A DNA stretch of 64,000 nucleotides from Lingula anatina (taxonomy: Eukaryota; Animalia; Brachiopoda), in contig CM120645.1 in NCBI GenBank assembly GCA_051362555.1, positions 7,874,001 through 7,938,000 on the forward strand, written 5' to 3'. The notes beneath the pieces were generated by a model. That model ran no database searches, was not told the origin of the DNA, and saw only the letters and a list, made by a program, of their open reading frames with translations. Position numbers and translations under genes: made by a program. Shown here piece by piece: positions 51,601 through 64,000 of the stretch (positions are counted from its first letter, which is position 1; every line of letters starts with the position of its first letter).

Positions 51601-54600
51601 GGGTTATGCATATTTCTTTCATATTTTATAAATGACATATTAAATTTGAATATTTCGGGTAAAGAAATACACAAAATAGCTTATTGTAATAATCAAAATA
51701 ACTTTATTAACCAAACGGTACTAAAATATGCCAAATCATGTGTCAAAAAAGTATGCTCACACAGCAAAAAGTCCGTGATGATTAAAACAGCTTATTATGA
51801 AAAAATAAAGTTCGATCATCTAAGAATTAGTTTTAATAAAAGAAGACTGTAGATAATAGATGATTAATCGTCTATTATGCAATAAATATCGGGTGTGCCT
51901 TCCCTGGTTTTGAACAACAGCTTCACATTGTCTCCTGCAACTTGCCACCAAATTCTGCCAATCTTGCTTTGAGAGCCGGTTCCATTCTTCATTTACTGCC
52001 TGCTGGACCTCTTTAATGTTTCTAACTGGAGGTTGTCTCTCATTTACTGCCCTGTCAATCATATCCTAAGCATGTTCTATTACATTGAGAATTGGTAAAT
52101 ATGCAGGCCAATCCAAATGTGGGATACCGCGCTGTTGCAGCGCGTCTTGCACGGACCATGCTTTCTGGATGGGCGCATTGTCCTGCACCAAAATGATTTT
52201 TCTTTCTGGATTTGCTTGAGTGTGTGATTGTATGCACCCCAATGGTCTTTCGTCTCTGTATTGTTGACCAGGGCACCTCCCTTGAATGACGTACGGTGGC
52301 AATTTTTCATTGTTTGGTTGATATGAACTGGGCCTGGTGGCATAATCGAACCAGATATCATCATCTCTTGCGTCGGTTAAAATTATTCTACCAGAAAGAG
52401 GCTTGTCCAATACATGGTGAGTTGGGCGACATTTTGCTACCAGCTTGGACACTTGACTTGGTGCTACATTTTTGTTGCCTTGCAATCTGTCTCTTTGGCA
52501 CCCCAGCACGATGGCTTCCCATTATTTGCCATCTGATTACCTCGTTGAGTCCTCTTCTAACCATTGGTTGGTCCAAAAGAACAAATTGTGCCCATGAAAA
52601 AAGGCCAAACTGGAAGCTCCTCATGGCATGACCAAACTGTTTTTCGCAAGTGGGACCCCCATTGCATATTCTGTCGTGTCCAACAGCAAATAGTACTCTA
52701 ATGTCACGGTCCAGTAAGTCAAAGTAAAAACAAGAGAAATATCTAGCTATTGTACAAATTTTGCCTCAATAAAATTTTTGGTTGCTGAGAAATTCGAGAA
52801 ATAAGAAAGTGTTGCTTAACTTATGAGCATCAGTGTATATATTCTTTTAATCTTAAAAGATCATTTTTTTTTTTTTTGCCCTCCGTACTCACTTTTCGGC
52901 ATATGCGGCACATTTAGCCCGAGAAAAGTAACTGACGACACGCGAGATTGGCCTACTAGTGCTTCATAAACAATACCTGGGTTTAGGGGTTAGAGCAGAG
53001 GTAAAGCAACAGTAAAGTTCCTGGACTGGCATTGAAAGATATTGTTCGTATGGTAACTTTCAGCGTACCCTCCTCAGTGAGGTGAGATAATCCACACTAG
53101 TCTGAATCAGGACAAATTAATACAGACATATTGCCACCTAGTGCATTAAAATGCATGTGTAGGGCCTATGTAGAGTGCGGTATATAAAAATACTTTTTAA
53201 AAACTTTTTTAATCACAAATTACCATTAATTATTTCCGTTTTGGCCATATGCATATCCAGACATCTTGTCACCCTATTCCCTAACTCATTCATTTATTGT
53301 AGTGCCAATGTGATACAGCATAGAACATTAGGGCCTATGGAACAGGTTAGATAGTGTGCAGTTGCTGCCAGTGTCATCTCTGTGCACCACCGTGACAAAG
53401 ACGTCAAAATTAAAACGCTACTTGCAGTACTTAAATGTTGTGTTTGTCCTTGAAAACTCATACTTGAGACAGCGTTGCGTGTATTTAAAATTTAAAATAA
53501 AGTGACACGACACTGGCATTTTAATGTGGTGTCAAAACACGCCATGAAACTAGCATAATACTTCAGGAACGAGATCTTAAATTGAAAGGAGGTTCATTTT
53601 ATTTGACTTGAATTTATTTGGCAGTATGTGTTGTCTTCAGGTGATAACCCAGTTTTAATCAATGCTCAACGGTCACTTGAACAAAATAGGACAATACTCT
53701 TATGTTTGTATTTTTAACAATCTGCCCACAGCAACATAAATACCATTTCTGTATCAAAATACCTCCTCTCATTTTGAATAATTATCTACAGCTAATATGT
53801 CAGTTTATATCTAATTTATCAAAATTTTGCTCACATATCAATGTGCACCGTCATGCTAATTAGAAAATGTCTGATTTCCAAAAAATGGGACTACTACATG
53901 TTAAGGATTTTTATTTACTTCTTAGTCTTAAGTCCAGAAAAAGGGGCAGTATTTCAAAGCACGTTTTCTAAAATGGACATATTTTGCTTGGCAATAGAGA
54001 AATATTGGATGCCTAATATGCACTAAATACACACCTACTGGTAAATACCAGAGTCCCTTATTGAGAATAAAAAATGGTGTTGTCAATGAGCCTGATACAT
54101 AAGACAGGCCCCAAAAATAATACAAAGCCCACCCTAGCCCCATTCTACTTAGGACAGCCATCCCTTCCTTAGAAATATTCAACCGATTGTAGATTCAAAA
54201 TAAAATAAATCTGACCACAAGCGGTCACAATCTAGAACTTGCGGAGCGAAAGGGACATTCCCAATAAAAGTTATGTTATTTTTTTATCTCACTTACTCAT
54301 TATATAGAGTCGTATCTGGCCTCCATATTGATGTGATTGGGATATGAAATGACGAGATGTTATCATGGTCACTGGCGTTCCACTTTAGCAGGTGATCTTG
54401 CCATTCCTGCAATGATAAATAATTCTTGGTTTAAGATGGCTATCAGTTGGGTGTCGGAAGGGAGTAGCACAGTGTATTTACCTGAACCAAGAGCGGCTGA
54501 AAAGCCCTATTACTGGACAAGTCAGTCCTAAAAAAAAAGAAATTGAAACCCCCACTGATGTCTGAAAGCCAGAGTAACGTGCAGCATTCCATTTCCTCAA

Positions 54601-57600
54601 TGGACAAATAGTCGATGGTTTAGAATCGCCAAAATATAAATTGTGGTTACAGAAAATTACTGGTGTGTCATGACCTTATCATAACTTTATCCAGGATGGT
54701 CAATGTTATTTATATACTTTTTGTGTTTAAAGTTTGGAGCTATCAGATCATGATGGGGCCGAGTTTGAGGTCTCTCTGCACGGGGCCATGCAGTCACCAT
54801 TAGAACAGGACCAGCACTCTTCTTCCATATTGGTATATGACTGTGTTAAAGCACTTTGTACATTGATAAATACATATACTTTTAGTCATCTTTACCTTAA
54901 GGAAAATAATAATAACTGGGTTAATTCTGGGGTATGGTTCATTATGAAACGGAAAAGATCACGTTACTCCCACATGTATCATACTAGTACATAGCTATGA
55001 AAATACTACAAAAAATACATAAAATGATGGATTCCATTGTCAATTTTTACTCCATCATCATAAATATGGAAATTACCATTAAATGGTAATTAGATTTTTA
55101 AAGTACACTACAAAATCGCCTTGGATGTAGACCTTAAAATGAAAGGTATTTTACTAAGAGAGAAAGGAATCATAACTATGTAGGTTTTTTCTTCGTGAGT
55201 AGTAGAAAGTGGCGTGGGAAAAATAAATACCTGTAAATAGTGTTCTACGTATCGGCATAGTAAGATAAAAAGTCATGGCAGGGAACGTTTACCTACGGGA
55301 TCCCAGTTCATATTTGTGCTCTCTTTATCTACAGTTTGTATAATTTATGTTATAAAGCGCATTTGTTTACATTAAATTATCTCCCTTTGTATATTTTCTT
55401 ATCCATCTATTTCTTAGCGTTATTTGTGTATTTGTTATTCCTTTTATATAGCATATATTTTACAATAATGGATAAACAAATAAAATGAAGAAATACAGCT
55501 AATATTATATATCAACATCATGTCTACCTTGATAAATATTTAGCCCACGATGCGGTAGTTAAAGCATTTTGGTTTAATTTTCAATATGTATTTGATCTTA
55601 TTTTTGCCTATTGCTGAAACAAAAAAAAGAAAGACCCGAAATTTGTGCAGGGCTGAATCAAACTATTTCCCAACCAGAGAAGTAATAATTCCAGGTGCAA
55701 TGTTAGTGTTTGGAGACAGCGGGGAACAGATTGTTTGCACGTGGGATCTTATTTGTAAAACAGTATCAGCCCACTTTGCTTTTTTTCGTTAATTGTTATT
55801 TTCCTTAACATCTGTAAATATTTGGACTGCTTAATTCAGTCGGATAGGCTTGTACCTTCACAAAGTTAACACAAAACACCCCTTCCCCCAAAAGATGACG
55901 GCAAACTAGCAAAGCATGGTAGGCCTATTCGTTACATCTAGTTTTGCTTCATCGATCATTTTTACAAAATTTTTTGTTCGTTTGTTTTCTTGACAAATTT
56001 AAAATATCTGAGACACCTTCATAGAGATAATAAATACTTCATGAGATAGAAAAACATTCAAACCGAAATTGCACAACATTCCCTGGAATTTGCCCTTCAA
56101 AGCTACAATCAACAAGGAAAATGCTGTGCGTTAAAAGTTTACACGATCTTTGCATGGCATATAAATACAGCACACAGATCATATCTATGAAGTGCGTGAT
56201 TACTGAACGCTCGCTTACTTTTAGTTCGTTATGCCTAACGAGAGATATCTATTAAACCGAAAGACGAACCCATGTACGCTAAGAGAGCATTCACATCGAG
56301 AAGAGCCGAGGACTAGCAAGGCCGAGGCCTAAACATGGCGGACCTACATGAAGGAATCCTTTAATGGTCTCTCAATGACATTCATTCTCTAAGATCACAT
56401 ATTGAGAGGAGAAATGGGTTGGGTAATGCTTCTAATGGGATTTGTGTCGTTAATATTAACTGTCATAAAAACTCTCTCACCATGAAATAGAAACGCACCC
56501 TCAATCTCTCAGCAAGACTTATCCATATTATCAAAATAGTATTTTTTTCTTTTATTTTCAAACTGTAGATCTAGGCCTAACTTTTTGCAGATATTTTTAA
56601 TAATTCAAAAATTTACCCAACCCTTCTATTCGAATATTGGCCTGAATTTATATTTTCTGTTCAATCTATATAGCGTAGAAGCCAATTAGTTGCGCAACAC
56701 TTATCAGCGAGTTGTCAACAGTCGAGATTACCCCTGGTGTGGTGAATTACTATTTATGGCTTTTTATAGCTTAAAACTCAGGCCTACCCAACTACCAGAC
56801 TCGGCACATAAGGATCCTGAATTAACCGGTATATCGGGCCACACTACCCATTTTCAATGGGTGTGTGTCAGATCGCATTTCGGAGTATCAGTCAGAACAC
56901 CGACAGGATGAGCCCACGCTCGACTGTCACCTTGATTGGATAGTAACGGGTTGTCGTAAAATCGCTATATGCATAAATTTGAAAACCACCTAGAACAACC
57001 TTAGACTGCCACATAAATCTAATACAATGCAAAAAAAAGCCCAATCAAAAGTGGATAAAGCATTCAAACCGAATGTCGTAAAGTCCCCATATAACCCCAT
57101 AGAGACAATAAAATAGAGTAGTCTAAAGTAAGAGTACAGTCTAAGGTTGTTCTAGGTGGTTTTCAAATTTATGCACCCGGTTTTAAAATCATATAGCGAT
57201 TTTACGACAATCGTTTACTATCCAATCAAGGTGACAGCCGAGAGTGGATGAGCCCGCGGTCGTCCTACAAAATTTTGTTCTGGGGTGTGATACTCCGACC
57301 TTGAAAACGGGTAGTGTGGTCCGATATACCGGTTAATTCAGGATCCTTATGTGCCGAGTCTGGTAGTTGGGTAGGCCTGAAACTGATCCCGACACCAACA
57401 ACCGCAGCACGTAATGGGCACAATATTTTTTCACACAGGGCAAATAGACCTCCCTCTGAGTCTGTACCTGTCACATATGTGTCTGTGATTTTTCGGGCAT
57501 TGTGTAGGGCCTACATGCTGCTGTCACTTCAAAATTGTTTACAGATTCGCCTGTTGTTCGGTGAATTGCTGCACATGCACCTGCTGTTTCGCCAATTTTA

Positions 57601-60405
57601 ATACGCGTGGTCGTTCTTTGTGGGATTGTAATACACGCACTATTTATACCTGTTCATCATCATTAGCACCTTACTGGCAATTTTTCCAATATAATCCAGG
57701 TGCAAAAAATGTCAAACTTCCACGCGCAGTACAGGTTCTAATTTTCACAATCAAAAATGAAAATAGTAAAGTTCAAAAGTTTTCTAATGAAAAAAGTGAA
57801 CTTTCACGTGTTGAATTCTCCTGTTTTAAAATAACATCTTCGTGATCATGAATCAGCTTTTATTCCAGGACACTTGGCTTTGAACATATTTCATAAAATT
57901 ACTAGAGCACTTCTTGGAGTCACCCAATACAGCCCCTGGATTTTCTCCCTGCATGCAGGCTCATTTTAGCCGGAGTCACTTCAACCAAGGAGTTATTATA
58001 ACTCCTTGCTTCAACTATCCAGGGATGCTTAAATCACAGGTATAGGTAAAACTCAAGGTGAAAATTGTGGAAAGGCTACTCTCCCAAACTGCAAAAAATA
58101 TATACATTTCCAAATTTATTATGGATTTTGATGATGGATTCCCAATTAAACCGAATGTTAATATACAGATGTTATACGTACCTGCCTTACCCATATACTG
58201 ACAAACAAGGTCTGATCTACGGCGCTCTGAAATGAAAAAGGTAAAGATTCTCATACGGTGCTGTTACTTCCACAGAATAAATATTTCTAAAAATAACACA
58301 CGTAATGAAGGGTACAGTATCAGTCTGTCTGTTAATGCAATCCATTATTTATTTATTCATTTATCTTGCATGTTATTTTACAGTATATCCATCTAAACAG
58401 AAATGTTAGAATAATCTAATTATTGCCGCCAATGTCCTAATATTTCGTCAGAAGAGCAATATGGGAACATTTAAGCGGAGTAGTAATATGAAAAACCTGT
58501 TGATTGTACAACCCCACATATTAGCTTATATGCGGATGGGTCATATTTGCACACATGGGGCTCTGTTTTTAAGGCATTTTAAAGAAATATTTTTATGACG
58601 CCAACGTTTTGATGGAATCCAGTACTGCTTAACACCACTAACTGTTTCCATCACAAAGCTCCTATTTCATTGCTTTTGATTTCTTTTCATATTTTACGCT
58701 TCGAACTAGTTCCATGTTGATTTAAAACAGCGTGTTACGATATATCTTATCTTACATCTCTTAAATCGGAGTAATTTTATTTGATTAACCTATTTCGGCA
58801 AAAAATGGCCACTTCAACTTCAACTAGCACCACTACTACTACAAGTATTAACTACTACAGCTTTTGGTGGATGTAGTTGCAGTGCTGCTGCTGTTGTTGC
58901 TGCTACCATTACTGCTAAAATCATGATCACAACCACCAATACCACAACTACTCCTATTTCTACTAACCCTTGTGCTACTACTACTTCTACTACAACTTTT
59001 ACTACTACTACTAGTCTACTACTACTACTACTACTACTACTAACCCTGGTGTTGCTGCTGCTACTACTACTACTACTACTACTACTACCAACATCATCCC
59101 ACCACCACAACAAATACTACTAGGCCTTAATTTGTACTACTACTACTACTACTACTACTACCTTACCAGTTCTATTAATTGGTTTACGGCTATGTCAATG
59201 AGCACCGTCGTTGGCAAGGACTGGTTCCAGATCGGTCGGCTTCCGGGTTTGTAATTTTTCAAAAGGTCTGCCTTTAAATTCGTCAAAGAAGAATAGGAAT
59301 CTGCTCCGTGTGCATGTGTTCCTAAAATTATATTTAAAGATAAAACAGTGAGCTGGTCAAATTAAGCAGCTTCCCTATACATTTGTAAGTCACGGAACGA
59401 GTTGATACATGTATTATATTTAGTCTAAAATACATTATGTGACAAATATTTAGCAACAGAACACCTGATGATTACAAAAAGCAATTTTGATTTAAGTCCA
59501 AATTTCCCATTAATGATTTAAGTTGTTTGTAATCATGATAACAACTATTCTTTAACGAATATGAATGTAATCTGAAATTAACAACGATTAAAGGGTCACA
59601 TTAAAAGCTGTTAACCATTTGTCTCTGTAGTGTCATAAAACTTGTATATTGACATTCGTTGTCTAACTGGGTATTCTCTGATATGGACATCCTCTACCTG
59701 TAACTTATTATTAAAATACCAAGAATACATACGATAGATCTACTAAATGGCCGTGTTTGTCACCAGGCACTAAGGGCTCTTTCTAATAAACCATCGTTTT
59801 ACGCAGAAGGATATTTTCACTGGAAATGGGCCCTTGGGGTTAAAATGACCATATGGACAACATAAGCGATGATATTAGCGGCAGCGAGGAATAATAATTC
59901 AGAGTAAATGCAAATTTCGCAGTAATCTATCGTCAATTTCATTGAACGCTAACCACATAAAATCCGGTTGAGCCGTTAAACGGCTTGTGAGGAATAACGC
60001 TAGTTATACACTACTTCCTTACTTGCAGTATATTACCTCCTGATTGAATGGACAAAATACACATTTAAAGGTATTTCAGGTTGACAAAGCTTCTCTCGAG
60101 GGACGAGTCACTGCTTATTTCATATAACCCTCATTGATAATTTAAAGACCTACTCATTAATCAAATGACTGTGTGATGTCCAGTTCACCCAGCGATAGTG
60201 CATGTACATGTATATATAGGCAAATGTCGTCGCTAAAATTTGATAGCATCCTATTTACAATAGACTTACTACTTGGTGCTGCGCGTCTATGATAAGGAAT
60301 TAACGGGTGCTGTTGATAAGAAGTCAAGTTTTAAATAGGACAACACGACGTTTATTATAAATGAAGCGACAGGAAAGTATCTGTTTTTTCAAGTGTGTGT
60401 GTGTG

Positions 60406-60458
<53 letters not shown>

Positions 60459-60634
60459 AGGGAAGGAGTGACCGAGAGAGAGAGGGAGAGAAGAGGTGAA
60501 CGAGAGAGAGAGAGAGAGAAATGTCCTGAAAAATACCTACCCAGACATAAACTCGAAATGATAATGACATACAAGCTCATCACAGTGCTCACAATCCAGC
60601 GGAAATTTAATCCAACGACGAATAAATAAACCAT
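48651..60634 (-). CDS. nAChR alpha subunit D (most divergent), ~523 aa; exons 60634-60541, 59321-59167, 58226-58182, 54406-54297, 50650-50115, 49618-49422, 49085-48651
   Basis: YKPGSRPI; IWVRQEW; IWRPDTTLYN; CRMNVRYFPYDQHDC; FGSWNY; YGCCPEPY; GEKVSFGITVVLALMVFLQIVASE; exon sizes 45/110/536/197 as in paralogs. Start could instead be the ATG at 60580. Confidence 0.88.
51522..52835 (-). mobile_element. Decayed Tc1/mariner transposon in intron 4 of subunit D
   Basis: Perfect 27-bp TIRs CACTGATGCTCATAAGTTAAGCAACAC, TA target duplication; frameshifted transposase pieces (HTH region MVRRGLNEVIRWQIMG..RQIAR; QDNAP; LDWPAYLPILNVIEH; EEWNRL..GRHTRY). Confidence 0.92.
56779..57379. mobile_element. 601-bp foldback element with ~230-bp arms and 5-bp target duplication
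   Basis: CAGGCCTACCCAACTACCAGACTCGGCACATAAGGATCCTGAATTAACCGGTATATCGG and its reverse complement at the other end; AAACT on both flanks. Confidence 0.85.
58820..59160. repeat. Degenerate (ACT)n/(GCT)n trinucleotide tract
   Basis: Visible; abuts the exon-2 donor of subunit D. Confidence 0.85.
60393..60519. repeat. (GT)n(GA)n microsatellite
   Basis: Visible; next to the exon-1 donor of subunit D. Confidence 0.9.
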
Positions 60635-62371
60635 CCTCTTTGGTAGATCTTAAGTCATGTGCCTCGATAGTCAATCAGATGGCATTCAATTATCTCCATG
60701 AGCCAGCTTTTTTCCCTAGTTAGTCCATAATTGTCCACGGTATTCACATCGCTACGGCTACAGATAATCCATTCAAGTCGAAATTCTTATATTTGGGACA
60801 AATAATTCTCGAACAAGTTTTACCTGTAATACAGGAAAGAGATACGATATGGAAGTCCGTGTTTTTGTAACACACGTCTAGGATGTAAAACGAGATTAAA
60901 TAAAACATAAAAGGCCCACGCTTCCACGTTGTTCACACAAAACCCTGTCTGTAACCCATTCACGTGCTCTAATACACAACTACTATTTTTCAGGTCAAGT
61001 TGGTTGACTCATTATGATGGGGGAGCGACTCAAACAGAAAGTCTGCCACGATTCCGTGTCAAACCACAGAGCTAACACTGCTGCTATGGCAACAATCGGC
61101 TTGCTTGAGCCCAACATACATGTATTGCTGTGTAGTGTTTTTTTTTTTAATTTAGCTATAGTGTACTCCACGTTTAATCTACGTTGCACACTGCCATTTG
61201 CTACTATTCCACAACATCAGCCAACCGGTTACTCAAACATTTTCTCCATCCAAGCAACTAATTATGACATTTAAAATGTGCAATGAAAAGCGTGACTCTC
61301 ACCCACTGCTATCACTGTGTAGATGAAATTAGATGAATATTTCAGTTGTTTCCGAATCGAACTTATAAATCCAACACAAGTCTGTCGATTAAGCTGAATC
61401 CATTAACGATTTCCAAGTCGCTTCCGGATACACAAGACTGAAAGAGAAAGCGATATCGACACGTTTGCAACTGCCTGTGGATGATAAGGTCGTCCTGTGA
61501 ACTAAGCCAAGGGCATGCTATAATACAGGGATTTCGCTGGTGCATACCTTAATTGAATCTGATTAAGAGGTTAGGTCGTATAACATATGTTATGCCACAG
61601 TAGGCCTATCAAGTCAGAATTGCACTGAAGTACTGTATATGTAGTATAAACGTACTATATAGCATTTTAATTCGCTTTTTTCTTTTCTCTTTTATTTATT
61701 TTTTAGATGAAAAAAAAAAACACAGTAGCACTTGATTCACGTTTGTAAGTGTAAGTTGGCCTATGTACAATTGGCCTTTACGTTTACTCTATAAAATTAT
61801 ATTTCGTTTAAGAAGTATAATCTTACTATGACACTTATAGTTACTATTATAATTGACAATGAAGAAAAAAGTGCTGGAATGCGATTATTCAGAAAACACG
61901 GTGTTCATACTTGCCAACGTCGCATCCCCGGCAAAACTTAACTATCGAATCAAGTTTTATCAAATGAACTTCTGATCAGTTTTTTTTTTTTTTTTCAAAA
62001 TAAACTTAGAAGTTTTGGATACAAATAAAGGTACAGTGAGTCGTTGATCATGAATGACACTGAAGACCCATACGACCGTCAATCAGAAACTTACTTTTAG
62101 TGAACGTTTTAGGTGCACTTAAAGCACACGAAGTGCACGCACCTAATGCGATATTGTCCAAAATAACATTATAACGGTGGTGTCAATCCTTGTTTGCCTA
62201 ATCTATTTTTCATGTTCATTTAGAATGGTTTTAATTATTAAAACGCATCAGCGTATCGACAGACATCTGAAGATGTGCGCTTCATCAATGACATATCATA
62301 CTGAAACACCTGTAGCATTCGGCTTGAACCCGCGTTTTGTTAAAAATGGCTTCGAATAAATCACTGTCTAA

Positions 62372-62539
62372 GGCCCCATTCAGAATAGGGGACCAACTAG
62401 TCCGAGGGTCAAATATGGCGACCCACTACAAAGTTTGCTGTCTTATCCGCTAATAGACACTGTGGAAGTATGGAAGTATTCAAGTGAGTCGGCCATATTT
62501 GACCCTCGGACTATTTAGTCCCCTATTCTGAATGGGGCC
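62372..62539. mobile_element. PIF/Harbinger (Tourist-like) MITE
   Basis: GGCCCCATTCAGAATAGGGGAC..TAGTCCGAGGGTCAAATATGGC arms, TAA target duplication on both sides. Confidence 0.85.
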
Positions 62540-63788
62540 TAACATTCACTAATGAGATCTAAAGGTATTAGATTAGTATGAATGTTGAACTGAATGTTTC
62601 TAGGGGATTTTTTATTTGACTTAAATAGATTGTACGCCAAAGTAATCCTTGAATGAAATGTGGTAAAAGTTGGAAACAGAGGGACAAGACCTCGATCGTC
62701 ACTTTCCTCTGTAAAGAGAAGCTTGAGAAAACGTTTGGCTTTTTTTAATCATGGTGGTAGCAATCCTGTCCTACCTGCTCGAGGAGGTGTGTCAGACAAA
62801 TAAGCTGATTGCACTCAGCCAGAATCTCCGCAGTGTTGGACCGTCTTAGCTACTACGTTGTGTGGATCTGAATGCTGTCCTACTTTCAAAACTATTGTCA
62901 ACAGTTTGATACACTGAACTTTTAAGGCAATACTGCAAACTAGAAATTCCACTGCATTTTCATTAATAATTCTTTAGAAATAGTTGGTGTGAATTAATCT
63001 TGGTGTTTTTTCCACTCAATAACATATTATACGATAATATATGATAATCAACTACAGCAATATATACAAAACTCTATCCAGATGATATACTGGAGTAAAG
63101 GAAATGAACTGCTCTTTCAGTGACAACATGTAATTAGAAATTTTTGATTACTTTGAGGGCAATATCAGATATTTTTCCATTCTTCATAGATAAATGCAAA
63201 AACTGATTTCTGTTTTGTGCCATTTTTTTTTCCTTTATTTTCTTTTGGCTATTTTTTATTATAAAAATAGGACAAGTAATAAAAAATTCTAATCTAAAAT
63301 TTTACTCTTCTAGCTACAAATGATCACATCTAAAATTAGATGTCTGATACAGTGAAAAATATTCATTGACATTTGTTGAACATGGACCACAGTCGGTTAA
63401 AATTTTGTATTTTAACACATCTGTAAATAGTGATAGAAGCCAATTTGGGCCATACCACCAGTAAAATGGTCACCTTTTTCTATACCATATTTCTTCTCAC
63501 TACCTTAAACAGTGGATGTTAATTGACAAAATCCCTCATGGAGTGCTACAACAATGGGAATAAGAATGAGAATTAAGACCATCAGAGTCTTCAGCGCAAC
63601 CAATAACACTCCCACCCAATCAGCACACATCAATATATTCGCCAGCACATTTTTCTGATCCCACAGCTCATTTCCAGCTAAGTTTCTAGCGTAGTTTATC
63701 ACACAGAATTGCTTTCAACGTCCAAGTCAGTCCAATCCTGTTCAGTCATTGGCCAACCATTACACCAATAATCAGCGCGTGTTATTCC

Positions 63789-63932
63789 TCAGGTGGGCGT
63801 GATTCGTCCCTTCAGTATCTTGACGTCCTCCACTGGTTTGTCGTTCTGGTCAGTTTCGACCATTCCCAGTCTCTGGACCACAGACATACCTGATGCCACT
63901 CTCCCAAAGATAGCATGTTTGCCGTCCAACCA
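63789..63932 (-). CDS. PPIL1: Last coding exon of a cyclophilin-type peptidyl-prolyl isomerase-like 1 (gene continues beyond window)
   Basis: After TTTCCAG acceptor: WLDGKHAIFGRVASGMSVVQRLGMVETDQNDKPVEDVKILKGRITPT*, matching the PPIL1 C-terminus. Confidence 0.85.
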   Translation of the reverse strand, partial: WLDGKHAIFGRVASGMSVVQRLGMVETDQNDKPVEDVKILKGRITPT

Positions 63933-64000
63933 CTGGAAATAATATAATAAATATATGACGAAAATATTTTTTTATAAAAACTGAAAACATTGACACCTGC

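Noticed and set aside
55712-55740. Plus-strand sequence resembling nAChR exon 3 (GEQIV)
   Set aside because: Wrong strand; the true exon 3 of D is at 58182-58226.
58820-59123. Poly-Ser/Thr/Leu ORFs
   Set aside because: Trinucleotide repeat artefacts.
25218-60634. Receptors as cephalopod-type chemotactile receptors or anion-selective nAChRs
   Set aside because: They retain introns, loop C vicinal cysteines, the aromatic ACh box and the cationic GEK motif.
63505-63702. Hydrophobic 65-aa ORF
   Set aside because: Sits in the presumed PPIL1 3' UTR, non-ATG start, no homology recognised.

Overview
AT-rich eukaryotic (invertebrate animal, probably marine) genomic DNA with GT-AG spliced genes, not a prokaryotic window. 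Left to right: (1) a two-exon gene for a ~289-aa membrane-anchored GNAT-like protein resembling bacterial hypothetical proteins; (2) a single-coding-exon TRIM-NHL E3 ligase; (3) a tandem pair of genes for a secreted HEXXH metalloprotease (anthrax lethal factor/PPEP/MtfA-like signature) fused to two ShK domains, copy 1 intact and copy 2 frameshifted, each with a different signal-peptide exon; (4) a minus-strand tandem array of four 7-exon nicotinic acetylcholine receptor alpha subunits (alpha9/10-like) plus a dead duplicate of exon 1 and its upstream region; (5) the last coding exon of PPIL1. Introns and intergenic DNA hold a decayed Tc1, many MITEs/foldbacks, a Helentron-type element and microsatellites. 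Gene models were built by hand from splice sites and reading-frame phase; family calls rest on remembered motifs, not database searches.
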